DNA from: Trueperaceae bacterium
Lineage (GTDB): Bacteria; Deinococcota; Deinococci; Deinococcales; Trueperaceae
Direction: 5' to 3'
DNA: 64,000 bases
NCBI GenBank assembly: GCA_965213925.1
Contig: OZ243927.1
Coordinates: forward strand, 3,008,001 to 3,072,000
Below the pieces are notes generated by a model that saw nothing but the letters and a program-made list of their open reading frames with translations, did no database searches and was not told the DNA's origin. Each line of letters opens with the position of its first letter. The stretch's first letter is position 1. Below, piece by piece: positions 20,022 to 33,809 of this stretch. A program made the position numbers and the translations under genes.

Positions 20022-20294
20022 CCGAGAGGTAGCATCTATCAGTAAACGCTACCAGTCGACGGCGTTCTAATCATCGCTCAGTTCAAATTAGACATCTATC
20101 ACTACATGGCGCTAGGCTTCGACCCTAGCGCCACATTCTGCCAAAATCAAGGGGGTCTTTTGTATGACTCAAATCTTCTTTGGTCGCTCATTGGCGCTAT
20201 CACATAAGAGAAATAGACGCAGGGGTTGTCTAAAAGCCTATGGGTTAGATAGCGCTTTATTCATTTTGAGCGTTGATGACCAAACCATAGCTGC

Positions 20295-21164
20295 ATGAAA
20301 CGCGCCGCCGACTTCTTCGACCGCAACGCCCAGTGGCTCTTCCCCCTCCCGGCTGTGCTCGCCGTCATCGTCCTTATCCTCATCCCGATGCTCGCCAACT
20401 TCGGGCTTTCGGCGTACAACTTCTTCATCGGCTCCGCCCCGAACTTTGTGGGTTTGGAAAATTTCCGTGAAGCTTTATCTGATAGGCGCTTTTGGAACGG
20501 GCTCAGAAACACCTTCTATTTCACGCTCTTAGCCGTGCCGCTCCAGCTTCTTTTCGGCTTGGGCATCGCGCTCTTATTCAACCGCGAGTTCCCGGGTAAG
20601 GGGATCGTGCGCACGATCATCCTCCTGCCGATGGTGGCGACGCCGGTCGCGATTGCGCTCATCTGGGCGCTGATGTTCAACCCGAGCTTAGGCGTGCTCA
20701 ACTATTTTTTAGAGAGCGTGGGGCTGCCGCGCTCCTTGTGGGTGGCGAACGCGAGTTTGGTGATTCCGTCGCTCGTTTTAGTCGATGTGTGGGAATGGAC
20801 GCCTTTTATTGCGCTTATTCTCTTAGCCGCACTTCAGGGCGTGCCTTTGGAGTACTACGAAGCCGCCCGAATCGACGGCGCGAACGCCTGGCAGAGCTTT
20901 TGGTACATTACCCTGCCGGGTATTCGCGCCGCGATTGTCGTCGCGGTGATTTTGCGCAGCATCGACGCGCTTAAAACGTTCGATATCATCTACGTCATCA
21001 CGCAAGGGGGACCGGGCACCGCTTCGGAGACGCTCAACGTCTTCGCCTTTAGGACGGGTTTCGAGTTCTTCCGCGCCGGTTACGCCGCGACGCTCCTTAT
21101 CTTCCTCCTCTTTGTGGTGCTCGGCGTCTCGATCGTCCTCAACTTGATAAGGAGCCGCGTATGA
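20295..21164 (+). CDS. Sugar ABC permease
   Basis: EAARIDGA loop, TQGGPG. Confidence 0.92.
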   Translation: MKRAADFFDRNAQWLFPLPAVLAVIVLILIPMLANFGLSAYNFFIGSAPNFVGLENFREALSDRRFWNGLRNTFYFTLLAVPLQLLFGLGIALLFNREFPGKGIVRTIILLPMVATPVAIALIWALMFNPSLGVLNYFLESVGLPRSLWVANASLVIPSLVLVDVWEWTPFIALILLAALQGVPLEYYEAARIDGANAWQSFWYITLPGIRAAIVVAVILRSIDALKTFDIIYVITQGGPGTASETLNVFAFRTGFEFFRAGYAATLLIFLLFVVLGVSIVLNLIRSRV

Positions 21165-22039
21165 GTCAGCAGACGGGTCAGAGGGCACAAACCGTACCGC
21201 GTTCACAAGAGCGTACAAGAGAAAAGCGCATCCAGCAGGCACAGAAAATAGGAATTTACCTCCTCATGGCGCTCGTACTCATCGTCATGCTCTTTCCCTT
21301 CTACTGGATGGTCCTGACGAGCTTTCGGAGCCAGGTGGCGAACACGAGCCCGATACCCGTGTGGTTCTTCGTGCCAACCTTGGAGAACTACCAGAACGTC
21401 ATTCGCGGCAACAACTTCTTGGAATTCACCTGGAATTCGCTTATAGTGGCGACGCTAGCGACGGGCTTCGGCTTAGTGCTGGGCTTGCCCGCCGCCTATT
21501 CGATTGCCCGCTACAAGCAGAACGGTCTCGCGCTGGCGATTCTCGTGGCGCGTTTGACGCCCTACATCACCTACCTCGTGCCCTGGTACTTAGCGTTTCG
21601 AGCTTTGGGACTGATCGACACCTACGTCGCGCTGACGCTAACACACCTCATCGTGGGGATGCCTTTAATTATCTGGATCATGATTTCGTTTTTTGAAGAG
21701 GTGCCCATCGAACTCGAGGAGGCGGCGTACGTGGACGGCTCGAGCAAGTTGGGCGCGTTTTTCCGCATCATCTTGCCCCTCTCCGCGCCCGGCATCGTCG
21801 CGGCGAGCATCTTGTCGTTTATCTTCTCCTGGAACCAGTTTCTCTTCTCGCTGGTGCTCTCGGGACCGAACACCAAAACCGTACCCGTGGCGGTCTTTAA
21901 TTTCATTTCGTATGGGCAGATCGACTTCGGCGGTTTGGGGGCGGCGGCGGTCCTCATCACTCTGCCCGTCATCCTCCTGACGCTCGTCATTCAGCGCTAC
22001 ATCGTTACTGGATTGACGATGGGGGCGGTGAAGGGTTAG
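21161..22039 (+). CDS. Sugar ABC permease
   Basis: EEAAYVDG, FIFSWN, GLTMGAVKG. Confidence 0.92.
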   Translation: MSQQTGQRAQTVPRSQERTREKRIQQAQKIGIYLLMALVLIVMLFPFYWMVLTSFRSQVANTSPIPVWFFVPTLENYQNVIRGNNFLEFTWNSLIVATLATGFGLVLGLPAAYSIARYKQNGLALAILVARLTPYITYLVPWYLAFRALGLIDTYVALTLTHLIVGMPLIIWIMISFFEEVPIELEEAAYVDGSSKLGAFFRIILPLSAPGIVAASILSFIFSWNQFLFSLVLSGPNTKTVPVAVFNFISYGQIDFGGLGAAAVLITLPVILLTLVIQRYIVTGLTMGAVKG

Positions 22040-22258
22040 AAACCTGGCATCAGTCAGAACCGTTCCTCGGGAATCCAACGTCACTAGCTCGACTGGATTT
22101 AGCACAAATCTACCGACTTCTGAATTCTGACCACGGACTACCGCTTTCCCCTTTGTTCGCCAGCGTTTTGCGTCCACTACACTTCTATGCTAAACTCTTT
22201 AGGTTTGCAAGTCCCCTGATGGGTATATCCCTAGACAGGTATTTTTCAGAGGTGAAAC

Positions 22259-22486
22259 ATGGCAAAAGTATGTGAAATTTGCGGCAAAAAGCCGATCATG
22301 GGCCGCGACGTGGTCCAGAGCGGTAAAGCCAAGCGCGAGGGCGGCGTCGGGCGCAAGACGACGGGCATTACCAAAAAGTGGAAGCTCCCCAACCTTCAGC
22401 GCGTCAAGGTCCACCGGAGCGGCAACGCGCACACTATACGCGCCTGCACGAGCTGCATCCGCGCGGGCAGGACGCTTTCGGTTTAA
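22259..22486 (+). CDS. rpmB: 50S ribosomal protein L28 (Zn-ribbon form)
   Basis: [10 protein letters not shown]...PNLQ...CTSC. Confidence 0.95.
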   Translation: MAKVCEICGKKPIMGRDVVQSGKAKREGGVGRKTTGITKKWKLPNLQRVKVHRSGNAHTIRACTSCIRAGRTLSV

Positions 22487-22763
22487 TTGTTAAACAGCTA
22501 CGTGGCAGATGGAAGCCGAGGCTCGATGACTCGAGCCTCGATTTTTGGTAGTGGCTCTGTCTGGAACAATACTGATGTCAAAGTAAGGGGTTTCAACCCC
22601 TTGTTTAGCTCATGGGCAGAAGGAGTACACGGCGGCATTCGACCTAAAGCCACGACTGACTTTTTGCATCTCTTGAAGGCGCTTAAAGAGACGTCTCATT
22701 AGAAAGAAACACCCTCGTGATAGATTGACGATGTGAATTCTCATTTGACCGAGTTAGGGCGCG

Positions 22764-24212
22764 ATGGCTAGAGATATCACCGCCTTCGAGATTGTCTGGC
22801 GCAACCCCTGGGTGCGCGCCATCACCTACGCAGTGGCAGCGGCGGTCGTCTTTTGGCTGCTCTTCTGGGAAATCTTGCCGGGCGCGGCTACCGCGTTTCA
22901 GGTTGCGGTCATCGGTTTTGTCATCGCCTATATCCTCAACCCGCTCGTGATGGGGCTTAAACGCCTGCGCATCCCCCGGACGATCGCGGTCATCCTCGTT
23001 TATTTGGCGCTGCTCGCGGTGCTCGTGTTGGGCTCAGTGCTCATCACGCAGGTGGTCACCGACATCAGCCGCTTCGCGCGCTTTATCCCGGACGCATTGG
23101 AGAACATCACCATGCTTTTGGGGCAAGCGGCGGCGTGGTTCTCCGGGCTGAGCGAAAACGTGCCCGACTTTATCGCCAACCGCTTCAGCGACGGTGTAGA
23201 GACGGGCGGCGTAGAGACGGGCGACGCGACATTAGGGGAGGGTACGGGGCAAGACGCGGCGACGGACGCGCAGACGGGCGATATCGCCGAGCGCGTCGAA
23301 GAGGCGGTCCAGAACCTCTTGACGCAGGCGGCAACCTCGCTCGAGGCGGGGCTTCAAGAATTCATCAGCAACAGCGGCAACATCCTCCTCTCCGGCGGTG
23401 GTACGTTCATCTCCGGCGTGACCACGGTTTTCTCTACCACCTTCCAAATCTTTTTGATCCTCTTAGCGGGCGCGTACTTCCTCTACGACTTTCCCAAGAT
23501 CACATCGAACTTTCGGCGCTACGTGCCACTGCGCTACCGCCCTTTTTACAGCGGCGTCGCGCAGAAGGTGGACCGCACCGTCGGCGGCTATTTGCGCGGG
23601 CAGCTCATCGTCATGCTCGCGATCGGTATCTTGCTCTGGATAGGGCTGGAACTCGTCGGCGTGCCCTCCGCGCCCTCAATCAGTTTTCTGGCGGCGATTT
23701 TCAATATCATCCCCTACTTGGGACCGATCATCGGCGTGGTGCCAGCCGTGCTGCTCTCCTTCACGACGGGCGCACCCCTAACGACGGCGATTCTCGCTGT
23801 TGTCGTCTTCGTCGTCGCCAACCAGATCGAGGGCAACTTTCTCTCGCCCCTCATCTTGTCAAAATCGACGAACTTGCACCCCGTAACGGTCTTTATCGCC
23901 ATCATCGCGGGTTTCGGACTGTTCGGCTTAGTCGGCGGCTTGCTCGCCGTGCCGAGCGTGGCACTCGCCAAGGTGCTCGTCGAGTCCTACCTGCTGACCC
24001 GCCCGGCTTATACGGGCGAGGACAAGCGCGCCGAAGAGGTCGCGGGCGGGGCGGAAGATGCGGCGTTGACGGAGCGAGAACAGCGGATACAGGTCGCATA
24101 TGAGGCGGACGAAGCTAGGCAAGAGAACGAGGCAGAACGCGACGCCAAAGCGAACCAAGAGCGCCCTTCGCCGCGTGACAGAACCCGACCGGGCACCGAG
24201 ACGGGCGACTGA
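22764..24212 (+). CDS. AI-2E family transporter
   Basis: IAYILNP, GYLRGQ, IPYLGP, QIEGN.LSP, LHP, LLAVP. Confidence 0.9.
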   Translation: MARDITAFEIVWRNPWVRAITYAVAAAVVFWLLFWEILPGAATAFQVAVIGFVIAYILNPLVMGLKRLRIPRTIAVILVYLALLAVLVLGSVLITQVVTDISRFARFIPDALENITMLLGQAAAWFSGLSENVPDFIANRFSDGVETGGVETGDATLGEGTGQDAATDAQTGDIAERVEEAVQNLLTQAATSLEAGLQEFISNSGNILLSGGGTFISGVTTVFSTTFQIFLILLAGAYFLYDFPKITSNFRRYVPLRYRPFYSGVAQKVDRTVGGYLRGQLIVMLAIGILLWIGLELVGVPSAPSISFLAAIFNIIPYLGPIIGVVPAVLLSFTTGAPLTTAILAVVVFVVANQIEGNFLSPLILSKSTNLHPVTVFIAIIAGFGLFGLVGGLLAVPSVALAKVLVESYLLTRPAYTGEDKRAEEVAGGAEDAALTEREQRIQVAYEADEARQENEAERDAKANQERPSPRDRTRPGTETGD

Positions 24213-24476
24213 CAAGTTCGCCATTACTTTGCTAAAGCGTCTGAACCAACGACTGAGTCTGTATCACGCAAATCTCAGCTCGAAGACCGGCCCGCTAGGC
24301 TTCGCCTGAGAGCGGGACTTCACCTTTGAAAGTGCGTGCTAGGTGGGTGCTCTCTATAGTGAGAGCTTTTATAACCAGATGAAAGTGCCCTGCTTTAGCG
24401 GGTATACCTGCTACACCATGTGTAAGTACTGTAAAGCACTTCGCTCCCTCCTCACCTAGACGCGGTAGACTGGCGT

Positions 24477-27380
<2,904 letters not shown>

Positions 27381-27534
27381 AGTAGGTCTAGCGGGCCAGT
27401 GGGAACGAAGTGACGCGGGACCACGCGACTGCATCTAGTCACGAATGCCCTCACGGTAAAGGACGTTGCTGAGCATTCACGTTAATCGATGCTACCTGCA
27501 CGACACAGTCTTGGATAAACCGCTATAATGACCC

Positions 27535-28089
27535 ATGACGGTTGAAGCAAAAGACCCCCTCGAGATGAGCTATGAGGCGTTTCTCGAGTGGGCGGATGAG
27601 GATATTTTCGCGGAATGGGTAGATGGTAGAGTCATCATCTTGAGCCCACCTTCGACCCGTCATCAGCTCACCGCTGTCTTCCTAAATGCGCTACTTAGCT
27701 ACTTCATTGAAGCGCGTCAGTTAGGTGTTTTGCTCTCCGCGCCCTATCAAATGAAGTTGGGTCCAGACTTACCAGGACGTGAACCCGACCTTCTCTTTGT
27801 GGCGAATGAGAACGTCAGCAGAATTCAGAAAAACTGCCTTGCCGGTCCCGCCGACCTCGTCGTAGAAATCGTCAGTCCTGAAAGCCGTACAAGAGACCGA
27901 AAAGAGAAATTTACCGAATATGAGCAAGCGGGCGTTAGAGAGTACTGGCTCACCGACTACGAGCGTGAGCAAGCGGAGTTTTACCGACTGGATGAACGCG
28001 GCGTTTATCAAGCTGCTGCGCTGAATGAAGGCGTATTTCGCAGTGAGGTGTTGGCGGGGTTAGAACTTGGCACCGCTTGGCTTTGGTAA
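27535..28089 (+). CDS. Uma2 (DUF820) family endonuclease, probably truncated by a premature TAA
   Basis: EWVDG, EPDLLFV, LVVEIVSP, GVREYW; in-frame continuation to TAG at 28140. Confidence 0.85.
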   Translation: MTVEAKDPLEMSYEAFLEWADEDIFAEWVDGRVIILSPPSTRHQLTAVFLNALLSYFIEARQLGVLLSAPYQMKLGPDLPGREPDLLFVANENVSRIQKNCLAGPADLVVEIVSPESRTRDRKEKFTEYEQAGVREYWLTDYEREQAEFYRLDERGVYQAAALNEGVFRSEVLAGLELGTAWLW

Positions 28090-28239
28090 GAACCGCTGCC
28101 ACCTCTTATGCACGTGCTCAAGGTGTGGGGCTTGGTTTAGCCGCTAAGCAAGTTAAATTCGTACACAGGCATTTGGAGAAGCCGGAGGTGGCGTGGCTGC
28201 AACGGCATAGGCACCCGGCTCGCCTGGAGAGGACACGCT

Positions 28240-29274
28240 ATGGAAGCGGTGATGAAGGTCGCGCGCGGCGCAGGTCAGGTCGAGCTGTGCAAGGTGGACG
28301 AGCCGGTTGCAGGACCGGATCAGGTGCTGATCGAGGTGGACGCGGCTGGCATCTGCGGCACCGACCTGCACATCTACCACGGTGAGTTCGCAACCCGCCC
28401 GCCTGTCGTCATGGGACATGAGGTCGCCGGGACGGTAGTCGCAGTCGGGGACGAGGTTGACGCCCTCGCGCTCGGCACCCGTGTGACGACCGAAACCTAC
28501 TTTTCGACTTGCGGTCGCTGCAGGCACTGCCGAGATGGAGCGCTCAACCTCTGCTCTCAACGTCGCTCGATCGGCTCGGCGGTGGACGGCGGCTTTGCGG
28601 ACTATCTGGTGGTGCCCGCAGGCAATGTGCATATCCTGCCCGAGAATGTTTCGGTAGAGGCGGGCGCGCTTACCGAGCCGCTCGCCTGCGTCGCCCACGC
28701 CGTGCTCACCCGCCCGACAATCCGCCCTAGAGACCTCGCCGTGGTGGCTGGTCCCGGTGCTATCGGTCTCCTCACGCTGCAAGTATTAAGGGCGGCGGGC
28801 GCTACTGTCGTCGTGCTCGGAACCGACGCCGACGCGGGAAGGCTAGACCTCGCCCGCGAACTCGGCGCAGACTACGTTCTAAATGTTCATTCTGAAAACC
28901 CTGAGCCGCTGCTCGAGGACCTGTCCCGACACAGTTACGGCGCGGACGTAGTTTACGAGTGCTCCGGCGCGGGAGCCGCCGCTAGCCAACTTCTCCGACT
29001 GGTACGTAGAGGCGGGCGGTACGTGCAGATCGGGCTCTTCGGCAGGTCGGTCAGCTGGGACCTCGACCAGGTCTGTTACAAGGAACTCGTTGTCACGGGC
29101 AGTAACGCCAGCACGCCCGAGTCTTGGCTTCGGGCGCTCGCCTTGCTCGAGTCCGGCCAGGTAAAAACCGAACCTTTAATCAGCAATCGCTACAGGCTCC
29201 GTGACTGGGAAGAGGCGTTCGAGGCGTTCGAGGGAAAGCGGGGGGTGAAACTCGTATTCACGCCTGGCGCGTGA
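28240..29274 (+). CDS. Zn-dependent alcohol/polyol dehydrogenase
   Basis: GICGTD, GHE, structural CxxCxxC..C, GPGAIG. Confidence 0.92.
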   Translation: MEAVMKVARGAGQVELCKVDEPVAGPDQVLIEVDAAGICGTDLHIYHGEFATRPPVVMGHEVAGTVVAVGDEVDALALGTRVTTETYFSTCGRCRHCRDGALNLCSQRRSIGSAVDGGFADYLVVPAGNVHILPENVSVEAGALTEPLACVAHAVLTRPTIRPRDLAVVAGPGAIGLLTLQVLRAAGATVVVLGTDADAGRLDLARELGADYVLNVHSENPEPLLEDLSRHSYGADVVYECSGAGAAASQLLRLVRRGGRYVQIGLFGRSVSWDLDQVCYKELVVTGSNASTPESWLRALALLESGQVKTEPLISNRYRLRDWEEAFEAFEGKRGVKLVFTPGA

Positions 29275-29375
29275 AAGTATCTATTTGATGATCAATCGGA
29301 ACCCGTATTAACGCTAGCATACTGCCGATACGTTCAGCGCACAGCGGAAAAATTGGTACGTGGTTGGCGCACGGT

Positions 29376-29417
29376 AAGAGAAAAACGGCTCGCTCCGGAG
29401 CGAGCCGTTTTTCTCTT
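29376..29417. terminator. Bidirectional intrinsic terminator
   Basis: Perfect 42-bp palindrome with A/T tails between convergent ADH and tRNA. Confidence 0.8.
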
Positions 29418-29434
29418 TTTTCACGTCTGTGACG

Positions 29435-29521
29435 TGGTGCCGAGAGCGGGACTTGAACCCGCACAGGGTTTCCCCCGACAGATTTTAAGTCTGTTGCGTC
29501 TACCGATTCCGCCATCCCGGC
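29435..29521 (-). tRNA. tRNA-Leu (anticodon TAA)
   Basis: GCCGGGATGGCGGAATCGGTAGACGC...ACAGA-CTTAAAA-TCTGT, long variable arm, GGTTCAAGTCC, encoded CCA. Confidence 0.95.
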
Positions 29522-29534
29522 GTGGCTAGTGGGT

Positions 29535-29572
29535 ATCAAAGCCTATCTCCCGTTGGTCGGAGCTGGTCGGAA
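29535..29572. repeat. 38-bp dispersed repeat, copy 1
   Basis: ATCAAAGCCTATCTCCCGTTGGTCGGAGCTGGTCGGAA; 36/38 identical to 62917-62954. Confidence 0.85.
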
Positions 29573-29713
29573 CGAGGACGAAGTGACACCTAATATACCA
29601 CTGTCGGTGATACTATCTACGTGGCTCGCTTCTCAGTGATACCGCTAACGAGGCGGTGCGTCAAACAGTATACGTGCTAGGCAGAGGCGCGTCAACGCAC
29701 CCCTATCTAGCGC

Positions 29714-31321
29714 TCATGGCTGGTCGAAGTAGCGCCGCGCTGCCTCTTGGTCTCTTTGCGCTCTGCTCGTGTCCCACTCGAGCGTCTGGGCTAAAAGTTC
29801 AGACACGCGAGAAATCGAATTCCTCGTCGCTTCTTCGTCCAAAAAGCCGATGCGCGTGCGGCGTGCCAAAAAGTCGGTCGCGCTCCGCGCCCCTTCGTGC
29901 TTGGCGGAGTAGACGACTTCAGCCTCTAAGAAAGGTTCCCCGTGAACGAGCCGCTCGCCAAGTCCATTCGTCGCTAGCGCGGCGACGTTGCGCGCTCTGT
30001 CTCCGTAGGCGCGGTTGAGGTATTCGGCGACGTCGGCGGCGAGGTCGAACTCCTGTTGGAGCTTGCCGATGTCCGAGTCTGTAAACTTCTCCGCGCCAAC
30101 GAGTTTTAGCGTCTCAGTCTGCGATTCGCGCTCAGGCTTTAAGCTACCCAATTTCACAGCTTCGTTGACGGCGTCTAGCCCCATCTTGCGGTATGAGGTC
30201 CATTTGCCACCTGCGATGGTCAGGAGCCCCGAGTCGCTGATATTGACGACGTGGTCACGCGAGAGCCCCGCCGTATCGGACGCTTCGGGGTCGGAAACCA
30301 GGGGGCGCAGACCAGACCAGCTCGCGAGCACGTCCTCACGCTCGACGGGCACGTCGAAGTAGCGTTCGATGTGGTTGAGGATGTACTGGATATCTTCTTC
30401 GCTGGGCTTGGGGTTGTCCTCGACGTCGGCGGGCTTGTCCGTCGTTCCGACCAAGGTGTGGTTCAGCCACGGGAGCAAAAAGAGTACGCGCCCGTCGTCC
30501 GTTTCGGGGATGAGCAGCCCCGTCTCGGGCGGCGAAAAACGCTCGTCTAAAACGATGTGCACGCCCGAACTCGCCTCTAACATCCCCTTCGCGTCGGGGT
30601 CGTCCATATGGCGAATTTTATCGGTAAAGGGTCCCGTCGCGTTGACGACGACTTTTGCCGACGTCTCCCATTCGTCCTCACCGAGCCTGTCGCGCAGTTT
30701 GACGCCGCTCAGCTTGCCGTTCTCCTTGGTCAAACCCGTGACCTCGACGTGGTTGACCACAGCAGCGCCTTGCTCGACGGCGGTCAGCACGATTGCCAGG
30801 TTCATACGGGCGTCGTCGAACTGTCCGTCGTAGTAGACGACTGCGCCGCGTAAACCTTCACTCTTGAGCATCGGAAACTGCTTTTTAGCAGCCGTCGGTC
30901 CTAAAAAGCGGCTCGGCTGCAAATTCGCTTTGCCCGCTAAGCGGTCATAAATTTTGAGTCCGGTGGTGATGTAAGGAACCTCGAACAGATTATAAATTGG
31001 CGTCAAGATAGGTATCGGTCTCGCCAGATGCGGCGCGATTTTAAGGAGCACGGCGCGCTCTTTGAGACCGTCACGCACGAGGTTCCACTGGGTGCGGTCG
31101 AGGTGCTTGATGGCTTTTTCCAAGTAGCGCACGCCGCCGTGGATGAGCTTGGTGGAGCGGCTGGACGTGCCTGCGGCGAAGTCGTCGCGCTCGACCATCG
31201 CCACATTTAGACCGCGCGTCGCCGCGTCTAAGGCTACACCTGCGCCCGTCGCCCCGCCGCCAATCACCAACACGTCGAACGTCTCGTTCTTCAGTCTTTC
31301 CAACTGCGCTTCGCGGTCCAT
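29714..31321 (-). CDS. glpD: FAD-dependent glycerol-3-phosphate dehydrogenase
   Basis: GGGATG, GTSSRSTKLIHGGVRYL, WSGLRPL, GGKWTSYR. Confidence 0.95.
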   Translation of the reverse strand: MDREAQLERLKNETFDVLVIGGGATGAGVALDAATRGLNVAMVERDDFAAGTSSRSTKLIHGGVRYLEKAIKHLDRTQWNLVRDGLKERAVLLKIAPHLARPIPILTPIYNLFEVPYITTGLKIYDRLAGKANLQPSRFLGPTAAKKQFPMLKSEGLRGAVVYYDGQFDDARMNLAIVLTAVEQGAAVVNHVEVTGLTKENGKLSGVKLRDRLGEDEWETSAKVVVNATGPFTDKIRHMDDPDAKGMLEASSGVHIVLDERFSPPETGLLIPETDDGRVLFLLPWLNHTLVGTTDKPADVEDNPKPSEEDIQYILNHIERYFDVPVEREDVLASWSGLRPLVSDPEASDTAGLSRDHVVNISDSGLLTIAGGKWTSYRKMGLDAVNEAVKLGSLKPERESQTETLKLVGAEKFTDSDIGKLQQEFDLAADVAEYLNRAYGDRARNVAALATNGLGERLVHGEPFLEAEVVYSAKHEGARSATDFLARRTRIGFLDEEATRNSISRVSELLAQTLEWDTSRAQRDQEAARRYFDQP

Positions 31322-31335
31322 AGTTCTCCTTTACT

Positions 31336-31371
31336 ACAGTGTTGATTGACAGCGTTGATTGACAGTGTCGA
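31336..31371. repeat. 13-bp tandem repeat in the glpD leader
   Basis: ACAGTGTTGATTG ACAGCGTTGATTG ACAGTGTCGA. Confidence 0.75.
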
Positions 31372-31456
31372 CGGTAGTAGCTACTGCAATGTTTCTCAGC
31401 CGATACGAACTATTATTCTATAGAGTATACTCTCGCAGAAAACACACAATTGCGCC

Positions 31457-31491
31457 GTAGGCGGCGTTACGCTCATTATAACGCCGCCTAC
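31457..31491. repeat. GTAG-type REP palindrome
   Basis: GTAGGCGGCGTTA...TAACGCCGCCTAC. Confidence 0.65.
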
Positions 31492-31524
31492 TCTATGCGC
31501 ACTATGTGCTAAGAACCTAAGCGC

Positions 31525-33018
31525 TCACTCGTCGTGCCACGATTTCGAACGCTCCAAAGCGTCGTGCCAACGCCCCGTCAATTCCTCGCGCCGGCTCTCC
31601 TCCATCTGCGGCTCGAAGCGCTTCTCCTCCTCCCAGAGCGACGTCAGCTCGTCCTTGCCGCTCCAGAAATCCACGGCGAGCCCGGCGGCGTACGCCGCAC
31701 CCAGCGCAGTGGTTTCTGTGATTTTCGGGCGCACCACCTCGACACCTAAGGTGTCCGCTTGGAACTGCATCAAGAGGTCATTTTTCGCCGCGCCGCCGTC
31801 CACGCGGAGTTCTTTTAAGGGCGTGCCGCTGTCCGCCTCCATCGCCTTCGCCACGTCGTTGACCTGATAGACGATGCCCTCTAATGCCGCTCTCGCGATA
31901 TGTCCCGCCGTGCTGCCCCGCGTCAGACCGACGATGGTGCCCCTCGCGTATTGGTCCCAGTGAGGCGCACCTAAACCCGCAAAGGCAGGAACGAGGTAGA
32001 CGCCGCCGTTGTCCTCTTCGCTCTGCGCCAGTTTTTCCACGTCTTCCGAGTTGCGGATGATGCCTAAGCCGTCGCGGAGCCACTGCACAACTGCGCCCGC
32101 GATGAAAATCGCCCCCTCGAGCGCGTAGTCGGTGGTGCCGTTCATTTCCCAGGCGATGGTGGATAAGAGCTTGTTCTCGGACGCGACGTGCTCTTGACCC
32201 ATATTCATGAGGAAGAAACAGCCCGTCCCGTAGGTGTTCTTGCCCTGCCCCTTCTCGAAGCAGACCTGCCCGAACGACGCAGCTTGCTGGTCGCCTAGAA
32301 TGCCCGCAATAGGCACCTCGGCGCGGAGTTGCCCTTGCGTCGCGTGACCGTACACCTCAGAGGAGGACTTGACCTCGGGGAACATCTCACGGGGGATATT
32401 AAGAATATCTAAAATCTCCTCGTCCCACTTTTTCTCGTGGATATTAAACATCAGCGTGCGGCAGGCGTTGGATACGTCCGTGATGTGGACCTCGCCGCCC
32501 GTAAGTTTATAGATGAGCCAGCTATCGACGGTGCCGAAGAGCAACTCGCCCGCCTCAGCTCTCTTGCGCACCCCGTCCACGTTATCCAAAATCCAGGCGA
32601 GCTTGCTGCCTGAAAAGTAGGCGTCTAAGATGAGCCCGGTCTTCTCCTGGAAGGTCTCCTCGTGCCCGTCCGCTTTAAGCTTATCGATGAACTGCGAGGT
32701 GCGCCGGTCCTGCCAGACGATGGCGTTGTAGACGGGCTCGCCCGTCTTTTTGTCCCAGACGATCGTCGTCTCGCGTTGGTTGGTGATGCCGATGGCTTCG
32801 ATGTCCGACGAGGCGATGTCTGCGTTCGCGATCGCTTCGGAGATGACGCCCGACTGTGTGGACCAAATTTCGTTCGGCTTGTGCTCGACCCAGCCCGGCT
32901 CGGGGAAGATTTGCTCGAACTCCTTTTGCCCGGTTCCCACGATTTCGCCGTCGTGGTTGAAGACGATAGCTCTCGAGCTGGTCGTCCCTTGATCGAGTGC
33001 GATGATATAATCTGCCAC
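31525..33018 (-). CDS. glpK: Glycerol kinase
   Basis: [30 protein letters not shown]. Confidence 0.97.
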   Translation of the reverse strand: MADYIIALDQGTTSSRAIVFNHDGEIVGTGQKEFEQIFPEPGWVEHKPNEIWSTQSGVISEAIANADIASSDIEAIGITNQRETTIVWDKKTGEPVYNAIVWQDRRTSQFIDKLKADGHEETFQEKTGLILDAYFSGSKLAWILDNVDGVRKRAEAGELLFGTVDSWLIYKLTGGEVHITDVSNACRTLMFNIHEKKWDEEILDILNIPREMFPEVKSSSEVYGHATQGQLRAEVPIAGILGDQQAASFGQVCFEKGQGKNTYGTGCFFLMNMGQEHVASENKLLSTIAWEMNGTTDYALEGAIFIAGAVVQWLRDGLGIIRNSEDVEKLAQSEEDNGGVYLVPAFAGLGAPHWDQYARGTIVGLTRGSTAGHIARAALEGIVYQVNDVAKAMEADSGTPLKELRVDGGAAKNDLLMQFQADTLGVEVVRPKITETTALGAAYAAGLAVDFWSGKDELTSLWEEEKRFEPQMEESRREELTGRWHDALERSKSWHDE

Positions 33019-33086
33019 TTTCTACCTCCTGAGTGAATTGGTACGTGAGCGAATGTGTTTCGTGGACTCAACTTGCCCTTCGAACC

Positions 33087-33809
33087 TCAGCTCGGGAAGA
33101 GCAAAGCGTAGCTGACGCCGCCCAGCGCGCCGCCGACGATGGGCGCGATGATGGGCACCCAAGCGTAGCTCCAGTTCGAGTCGCGCTTGTCGGGTATCGG
33201 CAGCAGCGCGTGCGCTAAGCGCGGCGAGAAGTCGCGGGCAGGGTTGATGGCGTAGCCCGTCGGCCCGCCCACCGAGAGTCCGATCGCCCACACCAAGAAG
33301 CCGATAAGAAGCGGCTGAAGACCCGTTCTGTCGGGCAACTCGCCCCCATAAAAGCCGATGGCGAGCACGCCGAAAACTAAGAGAAACGTCCCTACCATCT
33401 CGGTCACGAAGTTCGCGGGCAGGTCGCGGATGGCGGGCGTGGTGCAGAAAACGTCGAGTTTGGCTTGGGCGTCTTCAGTCTTGGCCCAATGGGGTCTATA
33501 GGCCGCCCACACCACCACCGCGCCGATAAACCCGCCGATAAGCTGCGCGAGAATATAGGCGGGCACTTGCGACCACGCAAACGCGCCGCTCGCCGCGAGC
33601 CCTACAGTCACAGCCGGATTGATATGAGCGCTGCTAAACTCAAACACGCTGTAAACCGCGATAGCAACGCCCAACCCCCACCCCGTCGTGATGACGATCC
33701 AGCCCGAGCCCTCGCCCTTCGAGCCCGCCAAACTCGCGGTCGCCACCACGCCGCACCCGAAAATCATCAGTATCGCGGTGCCTATAATTTCAGCTACGAA
33801 GAAATTCAC
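33087..33809 (-). CDS. glpF: Glycerol facilitator (aquaglyceroporin)
   Basis: HINPAVT and AINPARD motifs; start 33809 or 33815. Confidence 0.93.
   Translation of the reverse strand: MNFFVAEIIGTAILMIFGCGVVATASLAGSKGEGSGWIVITTGWGLGVAIAVYSVFEFSSAHINPAVTVGLAASGAFAWSQVPAYILAQLIGGFIGAVVVWAAYRPHWAKTEDAQAKLDVFCTTPAIRDLPANFVTEMVGTFLLVFGVLAIGFYGGELPDRTGLQPLLIGFLVWAIGLSVGGPTGYAINPARDFSPRLAHALLPIPDKRDSNWSYAWVPIIAPIVGGALGGVSYALLFPS

Noticed and set aside
18729..22039. Sugar ABC operon lacking an ATPase
   Set aside because: Common; shared MsiK/MalK-type ATPases are often encoded elsewhere
24308..24320. GAGAGCGGGACTT identical to the tRNA-Leu 3' region (29442-29454), a possible att duplication
   Set aside because: Only 13 bp, no integrase, and the interval contains the core gene ftsK; chance is plausible
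29258..29539. 93-aa ORF over the tRNA, and ORFs over tmRNA (54880-55089, 55233-55595)
   Set aside because: They overlap structural RNA genes
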